Shown here piece by piece: positions 12,001 to 24,000 of a stretch of 64,000 bases of DNA (positions within the stretch are counted from its first letter, which is position 1; every line of letters begins with the position of its first letter). The stretch comes from Macrostomum lignano (Eukaryota): assembly GCA_002269645.1 (NCBI GenBank), contig NIVC01001020.1:186001-250000 (forward strand), in the 5' to 3' direction. Both the position numbers and the translations under genes were made by a program. The notes below the pieces were generated by a model. That model had not been told where the DNA came from. It was given only the letters and a program-made list of their open reading frames with translations, and ran no database searches.

Positions 12001-15000
12001 AATTTTGGCGCATCCGCGACCAGCTGGAGCGCAATGTGAGCAAGGCCGCCCTAATTGGCCTGCTTGAGCACAACTCGCAGGGCGTCCCCTCTGGCGAGTC
12101 CAACCTGCTGGATCGGGTGGCCGACGCCATGCTGTTCGGGGCTCTGGCACCCTGCGCGGAGTGCAAGGCTGGCCAGCTGGCCTACAGCTCAGCCGGCTAC
12201 AAGTGCACCGGCATGCTCAGCGAGTGGGCCAAGTGTCTCAACGTGACGCAGACTCCGAAACGGGTGCCGTTTAAAGTGCCTGCGGAGTATCACGATGTCG
12301 ACTTCTTGAAGAATTATAAGTGAGTTTTAATTGTTCTTAATTCTGTACTTGAGGCGGAAGGCCTTTTTATTTCAATAGATGGAATGGCAGCGAAGAGTTT
12401 TGTGCTGCTTTGCGCATATATTTGTATTTACACAAACTGCACGAGATTCCTGAGGGGCCAAGGGAGGTGCGAAAAGGTGGCGTGACGTGATTGGCTACGC
12501 CAACCCCCCCCCCTTCCCGGCCTAGCGAGCCGGCTAGCGTGGTGCGCACCCACCCCACCTCAGCTAGACAGAGGTTGGGGTTGGGGGTTCCAGTGCGGCT
12601 GCATTTCATTTCGCGAATCTCTTCTCAATCCCTGCATCAGTTCCCGACTCCTCAGATCCTCAGATCTCTTCTCCAATTCCAAAGTCCCTTCCCGATTCTG
12701 ACTTACTTGACTCAGCTGCAGGGGGCTCCGTGCGTCCGGAAACAGGGAGAAGGCGTTGCCGCCCATTTCGCTAACCCCTGGCGACCACGGGCAGCTGGTG
12801 CTGCGGTGTCGCGCAGGGAGTTCCGATGGTGCCGGTGTCCGCAGCGCGGCCCCCCAAGGAGAGTCCAGGAGGTGGATTGTCGCTCGCCAGGTAGCCCTTA
12901 GGTAGCGGACGAGCTGGCAGAGATTCTCGGGCTTGAAAACGTCGGAGAGGTCCGGGTTTGGGCCGAGGTAGGTGAGCCTGTCCTGAGTAAAGGCGGGGCA
13001 TTCACAGATGAAGTGCTCCGCATTCTCGACACCGGTGAGGCAGAAAGAGCATTCCTCACTGCGGATTTTACCCTGAAGGTGACGATGCTTGGCAAAGCAG
13101 CCGTGACCCGAGAGGGCCATGGTCACCGCCCTGATGTCCCTGCGGTTGAGTCCAAGCAGGGCCCTGCGCAGGGCGGAGGACCCTTCCCAATTCACCAGAA
13201 GCCTTCCCAATTCACTAGACCCTTCCCAATTCACCAGACCCTTCCCAATTCACTAGACCCTTCCCAATTCACCAGAAGCCTTCCCAATTCACCAGATCCC
13301 TTCCCAATTCACCAGATCCCTTCCCAATTCACCAGATCCCTTCCCAATTCACCAGATCCCTTCCCAATTCACCAGATTCCTTCCTAATTCAGCAGATCCC
13401 TTCCCAATTCACCAGAAGCCTTCCCAATTCTCCAGACCCTTCCCAATTCACCAAATCCCTACCCAATTCACCAAATCCCTTCCCAATTCACCAGATCCCT
13501 TCCCAATTCACCAGACCCTTCCCAATTCACTAGACCCTTCCCAATTCACCAGAAGCCTTCCCAATTCACTAGACCCTTCCCAATTCACCAGATCCCTTCC
13601 CAATTCACCAGATCCCTTCCCGATTCACCAGATCCCTTCCCAATTCACCAGAAGCCTTCCCAATTCACCAGACCCTTTCCAATTCACCAGATCCCTTCCC
13701 AATTCACCAGATCCCTTCCCAATTCACTAGACCCTTCCCAATTCACCAGAAGCCTTCCCAATTCACTAGACCCTTCCCAATTCACCAGATCCCTTCCCAA
13801 TTCACCAGATCCCTTCCCAATTCACCAGAAGCCTTCCCAATTCACTAGACCCTTCCCAATTCACCAGATCCCTTCCCAATTCACCAGATCCCTTCCTAAT
13901 TCAGCAGATCCCTTCCCAATTCACCAGAAGCCTTCCCAATTCTCCAGACCCTTCCCAATTCACCGAATCCCTTCCCAATTCACAAGATCCCTTCCCATTT
14001 CACCAGATCCCTCCCCTATTGCCTAGATCCCTCCCCTATTGCCTAGATCCCTCCCCTATTGCCTAGATCCCTCCCCTATTGCCTAGATCCCTCCGCTATT
14101 TCCCAGATCCCTCTCTATTCCCCAGATTCCCTAATTCCCCAGATCCCCTCCCGACTCGCCAGATCCCTTCCCGATTTACTATATCCCTTCCCAGTTCCCC
14201 AGATCCCCTCCCGACTCGCTAGATCCCTTCCCGATTTACTATATACCTTCCCAGTTCCCCAGATGCATTCCCAACTCAAAAGTTCCCAATGCGATTGCCC
14301 GTCGCAGGTACAAGCCTGCAGTCCGGCTGTTCCCCAAGACCGCCGCCACCGCCCAGACGGCCAGCTCAGCATTGGTGAGCAGCAGCGGAGCCGGCAGCAG
14401 CTCATCCGCCCAGCCTCTGTCCGGCACACTCTTCAAGGTGGTTGGCAAGCACCTGAACCCGGCCAAGAAAGATCTGGAGTCCTCGCTGAAGTCCCTGGGC
14501 GCCGTTCTCACCAGCACGGTGGACGCCAAGCTGACCGCTTTGATCAGCAGCCAGAAAGATCTGGACTCCGGCGGCAAGGATTTCGACAAGGCCAAGGCTG
14601 CCGATGTTCACGTCGTGTCCGAGGCCTTCGTTGCCGCCTGCAGCAAAGGCGGCGTGTCTCTGATGGTCAAGGCGCACGCCATCAGCTCCTGGGGCGGCGA
14701 TGTGGAGAAGAGGCTGGACAGAACCGCCAGCAGGGGTGCCTCAGATGCCGACAAGCTGGGGGAGAGTGAGGACAGGTTCTGGTGAGAGTGAGGACAGGTT
14801 CTGGTGAGAGTGAGGACAGGTTCTGGTGAGAGTGAGGACAGGTTCTGGTGAGAGTGAGGACAGGTTCTGGTGAGAGTGAGGACAGGTTCTGGTGAACAGG
14901 TTTTGCATCACGACAGGTAGCTTAATCCCGAGGACAGGTAGATTAATCCCGAGGACAGGTAGCTTAATCCCGAGGACAGGTAGCTTAATCCCGATGACAG

Positions 15001-18000
15001 GTTGCTTAATCCCGAGGACAGTTAGCTTAATCCCGAGGACAGGTTGCTTAATCCCGAGGACAGGTAGCTTAATCCCGATGACAGGTTGCTTAATCCCGAG
15101 GACAGTTAGCTTAATCCCGAGGACAGGTTGCTTAATCCCGAGGACAGGTAGCTTAATCCCGAGGACAGGTTGCTTGATTCCGAGGACAGGTTGCTTAATT
15201 CCGAGGACAGGTAGCTTAATCCCGAGGACAGGTTGCTTAATCTCGAGAACAGGTTGCTTAATCCCGAGGACAGGTTGCTTAATCCCAAAGACAGGTAGCT
15301 TAATCCCGAGGACAGGTAGATTAATTCCGAGGACAGGTAGCTTAATCCCGAGAACAGGTTGCTTAATCCCGATGACAGGTTGCTTAATCCCGAGGACAGT
15401 TAGCTTAATCCCGAGGACAGGTTGCTTAATCCCGAGGACAGGTAGCTTAATCCCGAGGACAGGTTGCTTGATTCCGAGGACAGGTTGCTTAATTCCGAGG
15501 ACAGGTAGCTTAATCCCAAAGACAGGTTGCTTAATCCCGAGAACAGGTTGCTTAATCCCGAGGACAGGTTGCTTAATACCGAGGACAGGTTGCTTAATCC
15601 CGAGGACAGGTTGCTTAATTCCGAGGACAGGTAGCTTAATCCCGAGAACAGGTTGCTTAATCCCGAGGACAGGTTGCTTAATCCCGAGGACAGGTTGCTT
15701 AATCCCGAGGACAGGTTGCTTAATTCCGAGGACAGGTAGCTTAATCCCGAGGACAGGTTGCTTAATCCCGAGAACAGGTTGCTTAATCCCGAGGACAGGT
15801 TGCTTAATCCCGAGGACAGGTAGCTTAATCCCGAGGACAGGTTGCTTAATTCCGAGGACAGGTAGCTTAATCCCGAGGACAGGTTGCTTAATCCCGAGGA
15901 CAGGTAGCTTAATCCCGAGGACAGGTTGCTTAATCCCGAGAACAGGTAGCTTAATCCCGAGGACAGGTAGCTTAATCCCGAGGACAGTTAGCTTAATCCC
16001 GAGGACAGGTTGCTTAATCCCGAGGACAGGTAGCTTAATCCCGAGGACAGGTTGCTTGATTCCGAGGACAGGTTGCTTAATCCCGAGGACAGGTAGCTTA
16101 ATCCCGAGGACAGGTTGCTTAATTCCGAGGACAGGTAGCTTAATCCCGAGGACAGGTTGCTTAATCCCGAGAACAGGTTGCTTAATCCCGAGGACAGGTT
16201 GCTTAATCCCGAGGACAGGTAGCTTAATCCCGAGGACAGGTTGCTTAATCCCGAGAACAGGTTGCTTAATCCCGAGAACAGGTTGCTTAATCCCGAGGAC
16301 AGGTTGCTTAATCCCGAGGACAGGTTGCTTGATTCCGAGGACAGGTTGCTTAATTCCGAGGACAGGTAGCTTAATCCCGAGAACAGGTTGCTTAATCCCG
16401 AGGACAGGTTGCTTAATCCCGAGGACAGGTAGCTACAAAGGCAAAGCTGTCCCCAAACAACCACAGAGCGCAAGTTCAAGGCCCAGACGGAGAAGAAGAT
16501 CAAGGTGCAGGTGAAGGACGGCTCGGCGGTGGACCCGGACAGCGGGGTGGCGGACAGAGCGGCCATTGTCCGGGAGCGGGGCAAGCCGCTGAACGCCATG
16601 TTGAACCTGGTGGACCTGGTGAGGGACAGCAATTCCTACTACAAGCTGCAGTGCCTGGAGTCGGAGTCCGGGGTCAAGCGCTACTGGGTGTTCCGGGCCT
16701 GGGGCCGCATCGGCACCACAGTGGGCGGCAACAAGCTGCAGAGCTTCAGCCGGCGGGACTACGCCATCGAGAACTTCTTGGAGCTGTTCGAGGAGAAGAC
16801 TGGCAATAATTTCTTTGCCAACGAGTTCAAGAAGCTGCCGAACCGGTTCTTCCCGGTTGAGCTGGACTATGGCCAGGAGGACGACTCCAAGCTGAAGCTG
16901 AGCGCGCAGAAGTCTCTGAAATGCAAGCTGGCGCCTCAGGTGCAGCAGCTGCTGCAGTTCATCTTCGATATCGACAGCATGAAGCAGACCATGCTGGAGT
17001 TCGAGATCGACCTAAAAAAGATGCCGCTAGGAAAGATCTCTAAAAGACAAGTGTGTTTTCCTCATTGGAGGGTTCATTGAGTGCGATTTCCTATTTGTAG
17101 TTAGACTTCCATAGGGTGAGATTTCCTCATTGGAGTGAGTTTTCCTATTTTTAGTTAGAGTTCTATAGGGCTAAGATTTCCTGAATAGAGAGTTCCATAG
17201 GATGAGATTTCCTGCAAAGAGTTTTCCATAAGATGAGATTTCCTGAATCGAGTTTTCCATAAGATGAGATTTCCTGAATAGAGTTTTCCATAGGATGAGA
17301 TTTCCTGAATAGAGTTTTCCATAGAGATTTCCCGACTGAAGAGTTTCGTATAGGTGAGATTTCCCACGCGGAGTGTCCAATAGGTTGAGATTTCCCAAGT
17401 GAAGAGTCCAATAGGGTGAGATTTCCCACGCGGAGAGTCTGGATAGGGTGAGATTTCCCACGCGGAGAGTCTGGATAGGGTGAGATTTCCCACGCGGAGA
17501 GTCTGGATAGGGTGAGATTTCCCACGCGGAGAGTCTGGATAGGGTGAGATTTCCCACGCGGAGTGTCCTATAGGGTGAGATTTCCCACGCGGAGAGTCTG
17601 GATAGGGTGAGATTTCCCACGCGGAGTGTCCTATAGGGTGAGATTTCCCAAGTGAAGAGTCCAATAGGTTGAGATTTCCCAAGTGAAGAGTCCAATAGGT
17701 TGAGATTTCCCAAGCGAAGAGTCCAATAGGGTGAGATTTCCCAAGCGAAGAGTCCAATAGGTTGAGATTTCCCAAGCGAAGAGTCCAATAGGGTGAGATT
17801 TCTTTAGTCAAGAGTTCCGTATACCAAGATTTCCTGGGTGGAAAATTCCGTTGGATGCGATTTTTAATGGAGAGTTCCACAAAGTGAAATTTTCCGCTCG
17901 GAAAGTTTCAGGGTTCCAAATTCTCGTAGCGGCAAGTTCCATGTATGCATGAGTCTCAGGGTGAGATTGCCGAGCCCCGCAGATCCGGGAGGCCTACTCG

Positions 18001-21000
18001 GTGCTGACGGACCTCAGCAACATCTGCAGCGCCGGCGGCAGCACCGCCCAGTTCCTGGAGGCGTCCACCCGCTTCTACTCGCTGATTCCGCACGACTTCG
18101 GCATGCGCCGGCCGCCCATGCTGGACACGCAGGAGATCATCAAGGCCAAGCTGGACATGCTGGACAACCTGCTGGAGATCGAGGTGGCCTACTCCATGAT
18201 CAAGTCCGCTCACGGCGGCGACGGCGAGGACCCGCTGGAGGCGCACTACAAGCAGCTGCACTCTGAAATTGAGGTCCTGCCGCCCGACTCTGAGGACTAC
18301 AAACGGCTGGTCGAGTACGTTGAGAATACTCACGCTCCAACTCATGTGGCCTTCCGCGTCAAAGTGGTCAACATCTTCAAGGTGCGGCGCGAGGGCGAGG
18401 AGGAGCGATTTAAACCGTTTAAGAAGCTGCCGAACAGGAAACTGCTGTGGCACGGGTCCAGGAGGACTAACTGGGCCGGCATCCTGTCTCAGGTGAGCCG
18501 CGTAGCCTGTCTGAGTCTGTTTTTGTCTGTAAATGGCTGTGATAGTGTGTTTTAGTCTGTAAATAGCTGTCATGGTGTGTTTTAGTCTGTAAATAGCTGT
18601 CATAGTGTGTTTTAGTCTGTAAATAGCTGTCATAGCGTGTTTTAGTCTGTAATTAGCTGTCATAGTGTGTTTTAGTCTGTATTTAGCTGTCATGTTTTTT
18701 TAGTCTGTATTTAGCTGTTGAAATAGATGGGTTTTCTCGGGGTGGCCTGGTAGGTCGTTGAATCCCACCGCTGCCACCAATGTTGTACCTGTGGTTGTCC
18801 TGCTGTACAGCGCAGTGACTTGGGCTCCGTCCTCTCACTTAGAAGCCTTCTTAACTTTAGTAGCGTAGGTAGTGCTGCCACCAGTTCCTTCAGGTCTCGG
18901 CCTTCGATGAGGTGAGCTTCCCGTCGGAACGAAATAAACAAGTCAACGAACTCAGCACAGCGTGCAGATTTGCAGATTAATGAACAAGGCGTCCTGATCA
19001 GCAGATCCCCGCCGGGCTCAGGGGTGGCTGGGAAGGCAGTGTTAGCCTCCCTTAGGCTTGGGCTTTAGTGGGGTCTCAGTCAGACCAGTACAAACGGATT
19101 CAGTACGCAAAGGGCACTTAGTTAGACACTGACGCACACGGGATCTTAGTGAATTCTCCGCAGATAAGAAGCCAACCTTGACGGAAACAAGGGGAGAGGG
19201 GTCCTATTTATAGCCGGGAAACACCCACGCACAAGACCTCGTGACTTGTTCTATTTTTAGAACTGACGTCACTTGAGATCTCGAGGCAGGGTCTCAGTGC
19301 GCGCAAGACCTCGTGACTCGTTCTATTTTTAGAACTGACGTCACTTGAGGTCTCCGGCCAGAGTACACGCGGCTGTGACTCAGTTGCTATTTTTAGCAAC
19401 ATGAGTCACTCCTCTCCTTAGAGAAGGGAGGGTTCCGAAAGCACGTGATTCTCCCGGTAAACAGGGCCAACGAGTGCAGTAAACATGTTTACTGCACTTT
19501 AGGACTCGAAGAACGCAGAGTCTGTCATGTGACTTGCTCACATGACAGAGGAAAACGGGACGGGAACGAAACAGAGACAGCCCACAGCAGAGAAGCTGAG
19601 GGCTGAGAACAGAGACGCAGAAGGGCAGAACAGGCCAAGGGCAGCAACAGACAGGCCAAGGGGGTGGGAAGCTGACCAGCGGCAGACAGCAACCCAGGGC
19701 GAGGGCGAGGGAGACTGCTGACAAAGTGGGACGCCTAACATCAACTAGCGGATCACTACACTCTCCCCGTTCAAATGAAGAGGCGGAGTGAAAGCGAAGC
19801 GCGCTTTATTTAATAAACGAAATAGTGATTTTACTAAATAAAATTATTACAAATGCCTGGCAAAAGGATGGCAGTGTCACAAGGCATGCAAATTATTACA
19901 CGGCTGGGCCAAGGTCAGGATTGTGACCCAAAATGGCGAAGCACCAATAGCACCGGTGGGTTGCCTACGCCAAGGCAGAGCCCTAGAAAATCATAAAATC
20001 GGAGGGGCTGGCAAGTCCCTCGGGCGTACGCAGAATCAGGACCTCAGTCCAACAGCGGTTTGGGGGCGCCGGCCCGGAAAATGGGCGCCTAAATATACGG
20101 GATACCATAGACAGCCGGCAGAGCCCGTCACTGGGGAGAAGGGGGATGCAGAACTGCATCAGAGCAACAGCTCACGGGAAGATAAAAGAGTACGCATTGC
20201 GGGGGCGCTGGCCCGCTATTGAGGCGCCACATAAAGTAGAGCAGGGAAAAATCAGAGGGTGCCTGTCAGCACCAAGTCCACAGAGTCAGAGTTAATCGCT
20301 GCGTTGGGTTGATCGGTGCACGCAGATGCGGGCAGTGCGACTAACATACGTCTTGGCCCTAGGATTAATAATTAGCCTCTCAGGCTGCCTACGATTCCTA
20401 GCCGGCCTACCGACATCTACAGACCCTAATGACGCTTCCACCGGAGTGGTGCATAACGACGGCCCAGGGTTCTGGACCACAGAAAAAGCAGCACTGGGAG
20501 CGGGAGCAAAAACGGGCTGAAAAGAAACAGCAGGCATAGACGCATCAAGAACAGGCTTATGCAGATGACATTCACCATACGGCACTGGCTCACGCCGAAG
20601 TGCACTTGCCTGGTTCGCTGGTGTCGTGACCGGTCCACCTCCTGGCTGCACCTCCGGGATCGCCAAAGGCCGGAAGTGCCATCGGAAGGCCGGCCTTGCG
20701 TCGTAGCCGTCATCATCGTCATCGTCGGGGTCGTCCTCGGGGATTGGCGTCAGGGTCGCGGGTCCTGCGCCGTCGGGGACGTCGGGCGGCCGCCGGCGTT
20801 TCTTCGGTTTGTCGACTTCAGGGTCCGAAGTTCTCGTGTAGTCAGCGTCAGGCACGAGCAGAAGGTTCCGGCGATGGACGACTAGTTCGTCTCGTCTGGC
20901 TCTCGGGTTGGGCAGTCTCCGTCGAATCTTGTAGACGACCTCGCCCTTGGGCTCGACGACTTCGTATAGGGCTTTGCGAGGTCGATGAAACTTCGCCGCC

Positions 21001-24000
21001 TCATCCGGTTCGAGTACCGGGTTGTTGAGGAAGACCAGATCACCGGGTTGAAGCTTCTTGGCGGCGGGCAGGTTCGAATAGTGCTCGTCTCGCAGTTGCT
21101 GGTGCAGATGCAGGCGCTCCTTGGCTAGCTCAGTCGCCTCGTCCAGGCGACGTTGGAAGTCCTTGACGTAGTCGGGCAGGTCGGCGTACTCGGGCAGCTT
21201 CTTCAGCGCGTTGTCGATCGGGAGTCGGAAATCACGGCCGAACACCAGGTAGTGAGGCGTGAAGCCGGTCACCGGGTGCACGCTGGAGCGGAGAGCCATC
21301 AGACAGGCCGGGAGGAAGGTGTCCCAGTCGTTGTGGTTGCGCTCGAGCAGACAGGTGAGGACACTCTTCAGCTGTTTGTTGAGGTTCTCGACTTGTCCGT
21401 TGGAAGCTGGATTGTACGGTGTTGTTGTCGTATGCCGAATGCCAAACAGGTCGCAGAACTTCTTGAAGGCTGAGCCGGTGAAGTTGGTGCCTTGGTCAGT
21501 GTGGATCCAGCATGGTACACCGAACTCGGGATGAAGCGCTCCTGCAGAAGCTTGATGACTGTTTTGGCTTTCTGTTTCTCATCGGGTAGGCGAATGGATA
21601 CTTCGACGTCGCATCGCACAAGGTCAGGATGTAGCGGTTGCCGCTCTTGCTCTTCTGCGCGATTGGTCCTACTACATCACAGTGGATTCTACCCAGAACT
21701 TCGCAAACTGGGAAGCTCTGGACCGGAACTCTCTCTCGCCGTCGCGATTTACTTTCAAGGCAAGTGCGGCACTTACTGATGAAGGTCTTGGTAGCACGGG
21801 CTAATCCGGGTCTCCAGAACCGTTCTCGTAGCCGCAGTAACGTCTTCGTCTCGCCGAGGTGTCCACACAGTGGCGAACTGTGGAGCTCCTGGAGCACCTG
21901 GGCGTCAAGGGCCTCAGGCAGAACAACCTTTGGCGGCTGCTGGCCATCGGACAGGTCAATCAGCAGCAGGCCGTTGTCCTCCTGCAGGTTCTCGTAGTAT
22001 CCGAGCAGGTTCCGCTGCTCCTTCGTCAGGCGCAACCGGGCGTCGAACTCAGGCTTCGGGGCTTCGTTCTTGACCAGGTTGAGCACGTAGCTGATGGCTC
22101 GGTCAGCGCGCTGGGCTTCAACGAACTGTTGGCGAGTCATCGGCAGCTTCAGAAAATCAGTGAGCACAGCGCGGCATGGCTGAGGGGTCCGGATTCCCGC
22201 AGTCTCCGCTTTAATGGCTCCAGGTCGATCACACGGCACCGTCTTGTCGGCGTCAGGATTAGGTCGCTCCGAGGGACTTTGTCTCGCAACGTCGGCGTAC
22301 GTCCGTTGATCTCGTTTCGAAGTTCTCATCGTCGCTCTATTGACAGAAAAATCCGCAGATGGAGCAGTGCACATGCCTCCACTGCCTAGCCCAGGCGACT
22401 CTTGGCTGTAGGGCGGGACGCAACACGTGAAGCACGCCTCGTCACTGGCAGCCGTAGCCGTCGGCTCAGTCGTCGTCAAATCTGGGTGAGTCTTCTCCTG
22501 CACTGGGCGGTGTCGCAAAGGGGGAATCGACTTTCCGCACAGGCGATGAGCAGCTGTCTGTCGGCCCGGGGGACAGAGCTTCGACCTTGCAGCTGGCGCG
22601 AGATTCTGGCCCCTGTCAACATGGCGAGAGATCTCAGCGAAAGGCTCAGAAGGGTTGTACTTAGGTTGCTGTCCTGGAGTTGCGTTGCGGGCCGTCATCA
22701 GAAGGGCTGCTGGCGCGGTGGCCTTTGAATCTTGGTCCGTGGGCGTCTCCAGATTCCGAGACCGGAAGTCTTGGGCGTCGTCAAGGAGGTCTGCTTCGGC
22801 GGTGGCCTCTAGGACTTCGTCCAGGTTGGTCTCCAGGTAACGGCAGTCGGCGTGGGCATCGCTGCAGAGGGCTGTCGTCACAGTGGCCTCTGGGTTGTCG
22901 TCCAGGCCGATCTCCAGGCGTTGACTGCAGCGGTGGGCGTCGTGCTGGAAGGCTGCTGGCGCGGTGGCTTCCAGGTCTTCGTCCAGGTCAGTCTCGGCCT
23001 CCAGGTAGCGAGGGTGGACAGTCTTCGGGAGGGCTGCTCTGGCAGTGGCCTCGGGTGTCGCGTCCAAGTCCGTCTCCAGGAAACGTCGGCGCTCAGTCTT
23101 GGGGCTGCCGCCGGCACCGGGTTGGGCTGTAGAACCAGGTTGCTTTAGCAGTCGGCCATGCTCGAAGTTGATCGGTGGTGTCTCCGGTCTTCTTGACAGG
23201 GCGTCGGCGTTGGCGTGGTCCTTGCCTTTGCGGTGGTTAAGCTGGAAGCGGAACTCGCTAAGGCGTTCGATCCAGCGGCCTAAAATACCTGTGGCCTGAG
23301 TTTGGTTCAGTAACCACAGTAAGGCCCGATGATCGGATCGAACTTCAAACTTCTTGCCGATTAAGTAATGACGGAAATGTCGCATAGCGTCCAAAATTGC
23401 AAGCAGCTCTTTCTTCGTGACCGTGTAGCGCTTCTCAGGATCGCGAAGTTTACGGCTAAAGAACGCAATTGGACGTTCGACGCCGTCGGATTGCAGTTGT
23501 CCAAGGCAAGCGCCTATTCGAACATCAGAGGCATCCGTGTCGAGGACAAACTTCACTGCAGGATCAGAATTAAACTCAGGCAGAGCGAGAACTTCAGTTG
23601 AACACAATTTCTTCTTCAGAGTGTCGAACGCGTGCTGATGCTCGGGAGTCCAATGCTGCCGCAGGCTGCCAATGTCCTTTCGCGTCAGGGCATGCAGCGG
23701 CGCAGCCACTCAAGCGTAGCCATCGACAAACTTGTGGTAGTAATTGGCGAGGCCTAGGAATTGTCTCAGTTGAGTAACGGACTGTGGCACGGGCCAATCA
23801 CGGATCTGCGCAATCTTGTCCTCACAGGTCTTCAGGCCGTCGGGAGTCACGACGTGACCTAAATAATGCAGCTCCTTGAGGAACAAATGACATTTCTTCG
23901 GTTTCACTTTGAGGTTGGCTGCGATGATGCGCTGGAGTACAGTTCGCAGGTTATCCAGCTGTTCCTCGAAAGTCACTGAGTGCACCACGATGTCGTCCAT

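Noticed and set aside
14756-14765. Mutated (GG) splice donor inactivating PARP1 after ...DKL
   Set aside because: A canonical phase-1 donor A|GTGAGG at 14765/14766 joins correctly to the next exon.
14892-16514. 540-aa LIPRTGC-repeat ORF and similar long repeat ORFs (1409..3260, 17155..17880, 36036..37112, 41703..42386, 52457..53374, 54521..55348, 57416..58519)
   Set aside because: They are translations of stop-poor minisatellites lying in introns that the flanking conserved exons require to be spliced out.
18760-18779. tRNA-Leu gene
   Set aside because: Only the 3'-terminal 20 nt including CCA are present, with no cloverleaf or A-box. It is a primer-binding site.
19761-20291. env-like third ORF (errantivirus)
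   Set aside because: Only about 530 bp lie between integrase and the 3' LTR, with no signal peptide or TM-containing ORF.
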